Positions 18,177-26,572 of a stretch of 64,000 nt of DNA are shown here, in pieces. Every line of letters starts with the position of its first letter. The stretch's first letter is position 1. This DNA comes from Pseudomonadota bacterium (lineage in GTDB: Bacteria > Pseudomonadota > Alphaproteobacteria > Rhizobiales > Rhizobiaceae): contig JBCCTO010000012.1 of NCBI GenBank assembly GCA_039198355.1, positions 8,621 to 72,620 on the forward strand, read 5' to 3'. Both the position numbers and the translations under genes were made by a program. The notes under the pieces were generated by a model that worked only from the letters and a program-made list of their open reading frames with translations, ran no database searches and was not told the DNA's origin.

Positions 18177-18794
18177 ATGTCCAAAACCACCGAAAGAAGG
18201 GCGAAGCTGGCCGCCACCTTGGTGGACGCTGCCCGAGCGCGCATTGCAGCAAGCGGGGTTCACCACCTCCGCGCCCGCGATCTGGCGCAAGATGTGGGGT
18301 GCTCCGTCGGTGCGATCTATAATGTGTTCGACGATCTCGACGCGCTGATCTTGCAAGTGAGCCTGGGCACGTTGCGTGATATTGACAAGACGATGGCTGC
18401 TGTGGGCGCGCAAGCTGTTCAAAATGAGGACAAGCCGGTGGAGACAATGATCGCGCTGGCCAATGCCTATTTTCAATTTGTGCAAGAAAACACAAACCTC
18501 TGGCGCGCCCTTTTCGACCACGATATTCCCGAGGATTATGTGCTGCCCGAACCCGTGCGGGCGGAACAGAACGCCTTGTTCCGGCACATTGAAAAGCCCC
18601 TCAGCCTTTGCATGCGGTCCGCCCCCGAAGAGCAATTATCCGCCGTCGCCAAATCTCTCTTTTCCGCCGTCCACGGCCTTATCACCCTGTCGGTGGAGCA
18701 GCGGATTGCCGGTGTCTCGGTGAAAGAGGTTAAACCCCAAATGGATTTCCTGCTGCGCACGTTTGTGGCAGGTTTGGGGGCTGAAAAGGAGTAA
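18177..18794 (+). CDS. TetR/AcrR-family transcriptional regulator
   Basis: ORF 18063..18794, with the start at ATG 18177 (MSKTTERRAKLAATLVDAARARIAASGVHHLRARDLAQDVGCSVGAIYNVF, an HTH). Confidence 0.85.
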   Translation: MSKTTERRAKLAATLVDAARARIAASGVHHLRARDLAQDVGCSVGAIYNVFDDLDALILQVSLGTLRDIDKTMAAVGAQAVQNEDKPVETMIALANAYFQFVQENTNLWRALFDHDIPEDYVLPEPVRAEQNALFRHIEKPLSLCMRSAPEEQLSAVAKSLFSAVHGLITLSVEQRIAGVSVKEVKPQMDFLLRTFVAGLGAEKE

Positions 18795-18881
18795 GCGGGC
18801 GCATTTGAGTGCGTTTGGGAATGAAAGTCGCGTTGTTTGGCTGTCTGAAGGTGCTATTGTGGGTAAAAGAGGAGTCGACCC

Positions 18882-20132
18882 ATGCTGACCAAAGCTGATA
18901 ATGCTGAACTTATTCAGGACCACCAAAACACGCCGGAATCGGCGCGGGCTAAGCCGCCGCAGCTGAACTGGGAAGACCCGTTTCTGCTGGACGATCAGCT
19001 CACCGAAGATGAGCGGCTGATCCGCGATACGGCACGGGATTATGCGCAAGCCAATCTGGCAACGCGGGTGTTGGAAGCCAACCGGCATGAGACGTTTGAT
19101 CGGGCTATCATGGAAGAGATGGGCCAGTTGGGACTGTTGGGCGCCACAATTCCTGAAGAGTATGGAGGGGCTGGTGCCAGCTATGTGTCCTACGGTCTCG
19201 TGGCGCGGGAAGTGGAGCGGGTGGATTCAGGCTATCGTTCTGCCATGTCGGTGCAGTCGTCTTTGGTGATGCACCCGATCTTTGCCTATGGCTCGGAAGA
19301 GCAGCGCAGGAAATATCTGCCCAAACTGGCCAGCGGTGAACATGTGGGCTGTTTTGGCCTCACCGAGCCGGACCATGGCTCTGACGCCGGGGGCATGTTG
19401 ACCCGCGCCACGCCGGTGGATGGCGGCTACAAAATTTCCGGGGCCAAGAACTGGATCACCAACTCACCCATCGCCGACACGCTTGTGGTGTGGGCCAAGT
19501 CTGACGCCCATGACGGTAAAATTCGCGGCTTTATTTTGGAGCGGGGCATGGCGGGGCTGGAAACGCCGAAGATTGAGGGCAAGTTTTCCCTGAGGGCCTC
19601 CGTAACAGGCATGATCCAGATGGATGAGGTGTTTGTGCCGGAAGAAAATCTGCTGCCCAACGTGTCGGGTCTGTCCGGCCCGTTTGGCTGTCTCAACCGC
19701 GCCCGTTACGGCATTTCTTGGGGCGCCATGGGGGCTGCGGAATTTTGCTGGCACGCGGCGCGCAGCTATACGCTGGAGCGCAAGCAATTTGGCAAGCCGC
19801 TGGCGGCCAATCAACTGATCCAGAAGAAACTTGCTGATATGCAAACGGAAATCGCGCTCTCCCTACAAGGCTCCTTGCGTTTGGGCCGCATGATTGATGA
19901 GCACAATGCGCCTGCCGAACTCATTTCGCTGATGAAGCGCAATGCCTGCGGAAAGGCGTTGGACATTGCCCGTAACGCCCGTGACATGCATGGGGGCAAC
20001 GGGGTGAGCGACGAATATGGTGTGATCCGCCATGTGATGAACCTGGAAGCCGTGAACACCTATGAGGGCACCCACGATATTCATGCCCTGATTTTGGGCC
20101 GTGCGCAGACGGGCATTCAGGCGTTTATGTAA
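18882..20132 (+). CDS. gcdH: glutaryl-CoA dehydrogenase (acyl-CoA dehydrogenase family)
   Basis: 416 aa. Contains [52 protein letters not shown] and C-terminal [20 protein letters not shown]. Confidence 0.85.
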   Translation: MLTKADNAELIQDHQNTPESARAKPPQLNWEDPFLLDDQLTEDERLIRDTARDYAQANLATRVLEANRHETFDRAIMEEMGQLGLLGATIPEEYGGAGASYVSYGLVAREVERVDSGYRSAMSVQSSLVMHPIFAYGSEEQRRKYLPKLASGEHVGCFGLTEPDHGSDAGGMLTRATPVDGGYKISGAKNWITNSPIADTLVVWAKSDAHDGKIRGFILERGMAGLETPKIEGKFSLRASVTGMIQMDEVFVPEENLLPNVSGLSGPFGCLNRARYGISWGAMGAAEFCWHAARSYTLERKQFGKPLAANQLIQKKLADMQTEIALSLQGSLRLGRMIDEHNAPAELISLMKRNACGKALDIARNARDMHGGNGVSDEYGVIRHVMNLEAVNTYEGTHDIHALILGRAQTGIQAFM

Positions 20133-20186
20133 GCCCACAAACTCGAAGATCGTCATCCAGGGCTTACCATCATGCCTTTCAATTAT

Positions 20187-20290
20187 CCTCCTCATTGCCG
20201 GGTTCATCCCGGCAATCCATTCCGCTGGACCGAATACGGCTTCATTGTAGAGGCATGGATGCCCGGAACAAGTCCGGGCATGAGGGAGAG
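20187..20290. repeat. REP/MITE-like composite palindromic element, family 2, copy 2
   Basis: CCTCCTCATTGCCGGGTTCATCCCGGCAATCCATTCC ... GGCATGGATGCCCGGAACAAGTCCGGGCATGAGGGAGAGG. It sits between two convergent genes. Confidence 0.65.
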
Positions 20291-20309
20291 GTGGTGGTGA
20301 AATTGTGCT

Positions 20310-20900
20310 TCACCCACAAACCCCACCATCCCCGTCTCTTATCCGCTCAATAATGCTGAACGCGGTTGAGGTGCCGCTGGCGATGCCGATGACCTGGCTG
20401 CCTTTCACCGTGGTGGTGATGACCGGTGCGCCGGACATGCCGGGTTCGACGGGGCATTCCATGCGGGCGCTGCGTTGGGCGGGTTGTAAATAGCAAGAGA
20501 GCGTCACTTGCCGGTGGGGGCGGCTGCGGGGGTAGCCGGACGTGTTGACCGGAACAACTTTCGAGCCGTTCAAAGTTCGGTCCACCGCCATGGGTTTGAT
20601 GCGGGAGCGTTTGTTGAGGCACAGGGTTGCCACATCTTGCGTGGGGTGTTTGTGGATGGATTTAATGCGATGCAGTTCCACCCAATTACCCCGATCATAG
20701 CCCAGCACCAGCCGTAAGTCGCCCTTGGGCCATCGGTCCACACAGTGGCGGGCGGTCATGACGGTTTTGGGTCCGGTGAGGAAAGCCGTGCAGTGGGCGC
20801 GGTCCCGCAGGCCCGCATAGTTGAGCCGCCCGATGGCGTTTTCCTGCGCAAGGACAGGGGCAGAAATTAAGCCAGACAGGAACAGGGCGCGAACGATCAT
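20310..20900 (-). CDS. secreted trypsin-like (S1) serine peptidase
   Basis: Signal peptide MIVRALFLSGLISAPVLAQ, His motif TARHCV, and Ser motif EPGMSGAPV. Confidence 0.75.
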   Translation of the reverse strand: MIVRALFLSGLISAPVLAQENAIGRLNYAGLRDRAHCTAFLTGPKTVMTARHCVDRWPKGDLRLVLGYDRGNWVELHRIKSIHKHPTQDVATLCLNKRSRIKPMAVDRTLNGSKVVPVNTSGYPRSRPHRQVTLSCYLQPAQRSARMECPVEPGMSGAPVITTTVKGSQVIGIASGTSTAFSIIERIRDGDGGVCG

Positions 20901-22186
20901 GAAGCGCCCACATGGATGGCACGGAAATCGTTCACATTGGTGCGCGTGGGGCCGGTGGTGACCAGATCGCCCAGCTTTTCAAAAAACGTGTAGGCATCAT
21001 GGCCATCCAGCATGGCCTGGGGGTCTAGACCCATGGCCCGGGCCCGGGCCAGCGTGTCGGGTGTGATGATGGCCCCGGCATTGTCCTCGCTGCCGTCAAT
21101 GCCGTCTGTGTCCGCTGCAATGGCGTGAATATGGGAAGCACCGTTGAGTGCGATGGCGAGGGCGAGCAGATATTCGCAATTGCGGCCTCCGCGCCCGCAG
21201 GGAGCGTTGGGCGCGACGGTGACGGTGGTTTCGCCCCCTGAAATAATCAGACCCGATTCAGCAGCGAGGGCCATAAGAGCGTGCTCCCGGCCCACGTCTC
21301 GCGCCTCGCCCTCCAGGTCTGCGCCTAAGGAGGTGATGGTAAGGTCTTTTGCTTCGACGCTGGCCTCCACCGCTTCGATCATATGGGCCGGGGTGGCGAT
21401 CATCTTGAACTCGGTTCGTTCAAAGAGTGGATCGTCGGGCTTGGGAGTTTCCGATGTGGGTTGGTTGAGATGGGCCATGACGCTGGCGGGCAGGTCTATG
21501 CCATAGCGGGCAATGATTTCCTTGGCCTGTTCCCGCGTTGTGGGGTCGGGCACGGTGGGGCCGGAGGCGATGGTACTGGGGTCGTCAAAGGGTACGTCAG
21601 ATATGGCGACAGTAACGACTTGCGCAGGCATGGCAGCTTGCGCAAGCCGACCACCTTTTACTGCGCTGATATGTTTGCGCACCGCGTTCATTTCCCCGAT
21701 GGGCGCACCGGAACGAAGAAGCACTTTATTGACGGCTTTCTTTTCGTCCAACGAAATACCGTCCGCGGGCAAAGCCAATAGGGATGAACCGCCGCCGGAG
21801 ACGAGGAAGAGCAAGAGGTCGTCTTCACCCAATTGGGAGACTTCTTGCAGCAGTTTTTGCGCTGCCACATGACCACGATCGTCAGGCACCGGGTGGGCGG
21901 CTTCAATCACTTCAATGATTTCGCAAGGAAGACCGTGTTCGTAGCGCGTTAGGGCAGTGCCGGAAAAGGGAGCATGGGCGGGCCAAGCCTCCTCTGTCGC
22001 TTTGGCCATGGATGCGGCGGCTTTTCCCGCCGCAACAATCAGTGTTTTGCCCCTTGGCGGTTTTGGAAGATGGGGTGCAACAATCTTGAGGGGATCTACG
22101 CTGGCCACCGCTTCGTCAAAAAGCGAGCGGAGGAAGTTTTGGACTTCGCACGATTTGAGCGCGGAGGATGGGGGGGCAGGGGACAT
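20897..22186 (-). CDS. glycerate 2-kinase / hydroxypyruvate reductase (DUF4147 plus MOFRL, TtuD-like)
   Basis: ORF 20897..22261, with the start at ATG 22186. Contains LIVAAGKAAASMA, LVSGGGSSLL, ISGGETTVTV and a C-terminal TGPTRTNVNDF pattern. A 4-nt ATGA overlap joins it to the downstream protease gene. Confidence 0.8.
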   Translation of the reverse strand: MSPAPPSSALKSCEVQNFLRSLFDEAVASVDPLKIVAPHLPKPPRGKTLIVAAGKAAASMAKATEEAWPAHAPFSGTALTRYEHGLPCEIIEVIEAAHPVPDDRGHVAAQKLLQEVSQLGEDDLLLFLVSGGGSSLLALPADGISLDEKKAVNKVLLRSGAPIGEMNAVRKHISAVKGGRLAQAAMPAQVVTVAISDVPFDDPSTIASGPTVPDPTTREQAKEIIARYGIDLPASVMAHLNQPTSETPKPDDPLFERTEFKMIATPAHMIEAVEASVEAKDLTITSLGADLEGEARDVGREHALMALAAESGLIISGGETTVTVAPNAPCGRGGRNCEYLLALAIALNGASHIHAIAADTDGIDGSEDNAGAIITPDTLARARAMGLDPQAMLDGHDAYTFFEKLGDLVTTGPTRTNVNDFRAIHVGAS

Positions 22187-22285
22187 CAGCAAAGAGGGCA
22201 GGTGTTTGCAGTCGCAGGTGGGGACACTATAGAGGGCGTGGTATTGATGGCCAGACGTCACCCCTCTTGTGAGATTGGTTTTGCC

Positions 22286-22630
22286 ATGCGCGCTACGGAA
22301 ATTCGCCTGTCGAATGATAAATGCCTGCTGACGGTCGGGTTTGACACGGGCGAGCGGTTTGAGATGAGCGCCGAATTGTTGCGGGTGGAATCACCCTCTG
22401 CCGAAGTGCAGGGCCATGACCCCAGCCAGAAAAAGCTCATTACCGGCAAGCGCCATGTCACCATCACCACCATTGAGCCGGTGGGCAATTATGCTGTGCG
22501 GCTGGTGTTTGATGATGGGCACGATACGGGCATCTACTCCTGGTCGGTGCTCTACCGGTTGGGAAGTGGCGCTGATACGCTCTTCAAAACCTATCTGGAA
22601 AAGCTGAAGGCGGCTGGCCAATCCCGCTAA
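22286..22630 (+). CDS. DUF971 (gamma-butyrobetaine-hydroxylase N-terminal-like) protein
   Basis: This is the real part of ORF 21974..22630, starting at ATG 22286 (MRATEIRLSNDKCLLTVGFDTGERFEMSAELLRVESPSAEV...YAVRLVFDDGHDTGIYSWSVLYRLG). Confidence 0.8.
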   Translation: MRATEIRLSNDKCLLTVGFDTGERFEMSAELLRVESPSAEVQGHDPSQKKLITGKRHVTITTIEPVGNYAVRLVFDDGHDTGIYSWSVLYRLGSGADTLFKTYLEKLKAAGQSR

Positions 22631-22692
22631 GCGCAGGCGGCAGAATTAGTGTTCAGCATTGTCTGAATTGGATTCCGACAATTTTAAGACTT

Positions 22693-22705
22693 CAACCTAT
22701 AGTTG
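22693..22705. promoter_or_regulatory. 13-bp palindromic motif CAACCTATAGTTG, site 1 (34 bp upstream of the PBP gene start)
   Basis: The same 13-mer is at 28387-28399, and a one-mismatch version is at 30146-30158. The 20-mer context TTCAACCYATAGTTGTAT is shared with site 3. Confidence 0.6.
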
Positions 22706-22738
22706 TATTTAATCGAAAATGCGCGAACAGGTGTCATT

Positions 22739-23548
22739 GTGAAGAAAAGTCTTTCCGCTCTCGTTTCCGCCGGTGCCCTATCGGTTTCGTTCATGCCACC
22801 CATGGCGAGTGCGGAAATTCGCACTTTGCAAGTGGTGGGCACGGGCGACGGTATGGAATTGGTCCGATTGGTGGGGGCCGCTTATACCAATGAAAACCCT
22901 GATCGTCCCGTTGTGGTGCCCCCCAGCATTGGGTCTGGGGGCGGCATTGCTGCGGTGGGGGCGGGCAAAGCCTATCTGGCTCGGGTGGCTCGCCCGCTGA
23001 AGCCTGCGGAAAAGGAGACGGGCCTGGTGTCAAAAGGGCTGTTTCGCTTGCCCACGGCCATTTATGTCCATCCTGAACTGGACGTGGAGGGCTTAACCAC
23101 CGATCAGTTGGCGGGCATTTACGAAGGCACGATTACCAATTGGGCCGAAGTGGGTGGGCCGGATATGCGCATTAAGGTGGTTCGGCGGGAGGATACGGAT
23201 TCCTCTTTGGCCGTTTTGCGTGGCTCCATGCCCGGCTGGAAGGATTTGACGTTTACCACCCGCTCCAAAATTGCCGTGACCACGCAGGATGCGGTGCAAA
23301 CCGTGCAATCGGTCAAAGGGGCTATCGGTTTTGGCCCGTTTTCGCGGCCTTTGGAAGAGAGCGTGCGGGTCATGTCGATTGACGGGCGGTACCCCACGGA
23401 CAAGGCCTATCCCAGTGCGGTGACCATTTCGCTGGTGTGGCGGGTGGGGGCCATGCCGGACCACGCCAGCGCTTTTCTTAATTACGGTCTTTCCCCCAAA
23501 TCCCAGGCCCTTTTGAAAGCCCATGGTGCTTTACCGGTGAGCCGGTAG
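22739..23548 (+). CDS. periplasmic PstS-like (PBP type 2) substrate-binding protein, probably sensory
   Basis: ORF 22703..23548, with GTG 22739 (VKKSLSALVSAGALSVSFMPPMASA, a signal peptide). Contains GTGDGMELV, SIGSGGGIAAV and LTTDQLAGIYEGTITNWAEVGG, typical of phosphate-binding-like PBPs. Confidence 0.7.
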   Translation: MKKSLSALVSAGALSVSFMPPMASAEIRTLQVVGTGDGMELVRLVGAAYTNENPDRPVVVPPSIGSGGGIAAVGAGKAYLARVARPLKPAEKETGLVSKGLFRLPTAIYVHPELDVEGLTTDQLAGIYEGTITNWAEVGGPDMRIKVVRREDTDSSLAVLRGSMPGWKDLTFTTRSKIAVTTQDAVQTVQSVKGAIGFGPFSRPLEESVRVMSIDGRYPTDKAYPSAVTISLVWRVGAMPDHASAFLNYGLSPKSQALLKAHGALPVSR

Positions 23549-23589
23549 GGGAACTTGTCATCAAATGGGGCAGGCGGGAGCGCAAGCCT

Positions 23590-25452
23590 ATGGAAGATGT
23601 GAAATATTGGGGCCTGTCTGGCCGCCTCGCCCTGATGGTGCTGGCGGCAGTGGGCATAACACTGGTCATTTTCTTTGTTCTCACGGTTTGGCGGTTGGAA
23701 TCCGGTGCCATCCGCCATGGCAAGGCGGTGGAAGAGTTAGCTTGGCAGCGCATTGATGCGCAGATGCGCCTTCAGCACCGTTTGGTTGAAGCGGAATTGG
23801 CGCAAATCAAGCAGACGGCGGCACGCCAGATGCGTCAACTGGCCGGACTTCAGGAGACGGGGCGGGTGATTGCCCGGGGCAATGTGGTGGCCATTGATCT
23901 GATGGCCCAGAGCATCGCACAGGGTGCGCAAATGGATGGGGTCCTTGTGCTGGATGCACAGCTGAATGCGCTGGGCTCCCACCAGCCCGGCTTGCCTTTG
24001 GTGAAGGCGAACCGGGCTTTTTCCGAAGCGGGCTTTGCGCCCCTGGCTCGCGGTCTGATCGATGCCAATGATCGGGATAAACCCCGAAGCTACACCGACT
24101 ATGCGGCCCTCGGCCCGGCTGTGCTGGCTCGCCTGGGCAGCCCCGATGCTGCGCGCCAGATGGTTCTGCTCTCCCTTCATGTGGTGTTTGACGATTTTGG
24201 CGATCCCATTGCCCTTCTCGCCGGGCATCGGTTGATGAACCGTCCCTGGCCTGCCATGGAGCGCTTTGCGCGGGAGGAGCATCTGCGTTTGACCGTTCAA
24301 GATGAAGGGGATGTGTTGGTGGACATTGCCCCGGACAAGGCCATTAAACTTGCCGATGCCAGTCAGATCATCAATGGGCGCATGGGCATGAACCGCGAGG
24401 GGGATACCTTGTTTCGATGCAGCCCATTCGGGCAAGCATGGCAGCTCTGCATTACCCAACCTTTCATGGATTTGAAGGTGCTCACCGAGCAGTTGAGCAC
24501 CCACATCGCCAGTGAAAAAAACTCGCTCATCCTCTGGCTTGCAGCGCTTGGTTTGGCCGGTTTGATTGTAGCGGTGTTGATTACAGCCTATGTGGCGCGG
24601 CGTGTTTTGGCCCCGCTGGGGCAGATCACCAGTGCGGTACGGTCTGTGGCCAAGGGCAATTGGCTCGTCCATGTGGCGGGTCAAAGGCGTAGCGATGAAG
24701 TGGGCGCCATTGCCCGTTCGGTGACCGTCTTGCAGCAATCCATGAAAGAGCGGGAGCGGCTGAAAGCCGATATGGCCGATGTGGATGAACTGCGTGCCCG
24801 ATCCTCAGCCATGGTGGCCGCCGGTGAGAAGTGCCGCACGCAATTGCGGCGGGAACTCTTTGTACTCTCGGAAATGGCGGACGCCATGGAAGGGGATTTG
24901 GCGCAATTAAGCGAATTGTCCAATGAGGTGATGGGTGAAGCGGATGAAACCATGTTAGCGGCCCGCCGCGTTTTGGCCGCGCCGTCTTCGGGCAAAGGCG
25001 CTGCGCGGGCGGAGGATGTGTTTGCTTGCATTGACCGCGTGACCGGCTCCATTGCCGCCATCACCGAGGCTAATCATGGGCTTTCCCGCCACGGCCATGC
25101 CATGGCCGGGCGATTGATGGCGGTGGAGCGTGCGGTGGAACAATTCAACCAAATCATTCGGGAAGACGCCATCGAACAAGCCCGCGCGCCCAGGTTGGGG
25201 GTGGAGGCACCGTCCTTGGAATCGCCTCTGCGCGAGGCCGAACCCAAGCCTATCCACAACAGGCGGGCCAGCGACCGGGCCGTGGGAGAGGACTGGTCCA
25301 CCCGCAACCTGCCCTCCGCTTTGTTAAGGGCAAGCCGCCTGGCTTCCGCTCAAATCGGTGGCCATGGGGGTGTTGAGACCAGTGTTCAGGCAAAGGTTGT
25401 GAAAAATCGGCGCGCTGGTGGGCAAAAAATTGCCGTTGATCCTGTTTCCTAA
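23590..25452 (+). CDS. membrane sensor-like protein: 2 TM, periplasmic domain, HAMP, long coiled coil; no recognisable output domain
   Basis: TM1 is LALMVLAAVGITLVIFFVLTV and TM2 is LILWLAALGLAGLIVAVLITAYV. HAMP follows (ARRVLAPLGQITSAVRSVAKGNW...DEVGAIARSVTVLQQSM). The C-terminal helical region lacks the MCP tip motif and any kinase or GGDEF signature. Confidence 0.65.
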   Translation: MEDVKYWGLSGRLALMVLAAVGITLVIFFVLTVWRLESGAIRHGKAVEELAWQRIDAQMRLQHRLVEAELAQIKQTAARQMRQLAGLQETGRVIARGNVVAIDLMAQSIAQGAQMDGVLVLDAQLNALGSHQPGLPLVKANRAFSEAGFAPLARGLIDANDRDKPRSYTDYAALGPAVLARLGSPDAARQMVLLSLHVVFDDFGDPIALLAGHRLMNRPWPAMERFAREEHLRLTVQDEGDVLVDIAPDKAIKLADASQIINGRMGMNREGDTLFRCSPFGQAWQLCITQPFMDLKVLTEQLSTHIASEKNSLILWLAALGLAGLIVAVLITAYVARRVLAPLGQITSAVRSVAKGNWLVHVAGQRRSDEVGAIARSVTVLQQSMKERERLKADMADVDELRARSSAMVAAGEKCRTQLRRELFVLSEMADAMEGDLAQLSELSNEVMGEADETMLAARRVLAAPSSGKGAARAEDVFACIDRVTGSIAAITEANHGLSRHGHAMAGRLMAVERAVEQFNQIIREDAIEQARAPRLGVEAPSLESPLREAEPKPIHNRRASDRAVGEDWSTRNLPSALLRASRLASAQIGGHGGVETSVQAKVVKNRRAGGQKIAVDPVS

Positions 25453-25459
25453 AACCAAA

Positions 25460-25495
25460 CCGCTCCCCTGACCTGCCTGATGGTCAAGGGAGCGG
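25460..25495. terminator. hairpin between convergent genes (CCGCTCCC-20 nt-GGGAGCGG)
   Basis: 8-bp perfect stem seen by eye. The loop is large and there is no clear U-run. Confidence 0.3.
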
Positions 25496-25562
25496 CTGCG
25501 CCCCGATTTCGCCAAACCCGTCGCCGCCGCCGAATTTGGGGAGGGTATTTATCGAGGGGCGA

Positions 25563-26564
25563 TCACATGCGCCGCAAAAAATTGCGCCCCCTTTGCAGCA
25601 GAGTTGGTTTTGTTGTGGCGGCAGTGAACGGGTCCGCATAGCAGCGGGCGCGGGCGGCAAGAGCGCGCGTTTTAACCCGTTCCACCATGGCTGGATTGCC
25701 GGCCACATGCAGACTGGTGGTTTCGTTCAATTGGGGCAGGTGAGAGTCCGCCTCGCCTTGCTCCAGTGCCATTTTTCCCAAAGTCTTGCCCTCGGCCCCG
25801 TTTTGGGTGGAGACCGTGATGTCCTCTTTGCCATGGTCGCGCAGCCAGTCGAAAGCGGGTCGCATATAGGCATCATCGGGCGTGCGAATGCCGGCGATCA
25901 CGGACAAACTGCGGTTGCGGTCCGCCAGGGTGGCAGCCCGGGCCAGCGCCCAGATGGGGCCAAATCCCGTGCCAGAGGCTGTGAGCACCAGCGGTCCGTT
26001 CTCTTGTGTGCGCAAATAGGCGTGACCGAAGGGCCCCGAGACTTTAACCGCGTGGCCCAAATCAATGCCCTTACCCAGCGCAGTGGAAACTAGGCCCTGT
26101 CGCAGAATGCGGATTTGGAAGATCAGCAGGTCGGGTTCCAAGTCAGTCTGCATGGGGGCAGAGAAGGAATAATCCCGCGCGGGAAAACCGGCAAAGCCAA
26201 GCCGTGCGTATTGACCGGGACGGTATGCGAGGGGGTTGCGCAGGCGAATGGCCAGTTCCACCACGCGCGGGCCAAGTTCGGTGATGGCTTCCACCACGCC
26301 CTTCTCGGTGACCGGGGCGGGCAGTTCTTCCATGGTGATGGCCACATCGCCGATAATACGGGCCTGACAGGCCAGTACCGTATCGCCATAGCTGGTGCCG
26401 CGATCGTCCACCGAACCATGGGCCACGCGCACCCGGCAGGTTTCGCACTGGCCGGTGGCACAATCATGGGGGATAAGCACCCCTTCCGACAGGGCCGCAT
26501 CCACCAGCGTTTCGCCGAAGCGGGCGGGCATGGTTCGCCCGTTGATGTTGAGGTTCAGCGGCAC
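25563..26564 (-). CDS. 2Fe-2S ferredoxin fused to FAD/NAD(P)-binding ferredoxin-reductase-type oxidoreductase
   Basis: N-terminal plant-type ferredoxin Cys pattern (DCATGQCETCRV...ACQA), then RxYS-like ARDYSF and a GTGFGP nucleotide-binding motif. Confidence 0.8.
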   Translation of the reverse strand: MPLNLNINGRTMPARFGETLVDAALSEGVLIPHDCATGQCETCRVRVAHGSVDDRGTSYGDTVLACQARIIGDVAITMEELPAPVTEKGVVEAITELGPRVVELAIRLRNPLAYRPGQYARLGFAGFPARDYSFSAPMQTDLEPDLLIFQIRILRQGLVSTALGKGIDLGHAVKVSGPFGHAYLRTQENGPLVLTASGTGFGPIWALARAATLADRNRSLSVIAGIRTPDDAYMRPAFDWLRDHGKEDITVSTQNGAEGKTLGKMALEQGEADSHLPQLNETTSLHVAGNPAMVERVKTRALAARARCYADPFTAATTKPTLLQRGRNFLRRM

Positions 26565-26572
26565 GGGACGGT

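Noticed and set aside
21974-22285. The N-terminal 104 codons of ORF 21974..22630, which would give a 218-aa protein.
   Set aside because: This part overlaps the glycerate kinase gene on the opposite strand and is low-complexity. The DUF971 domain starts at ATG 22286.
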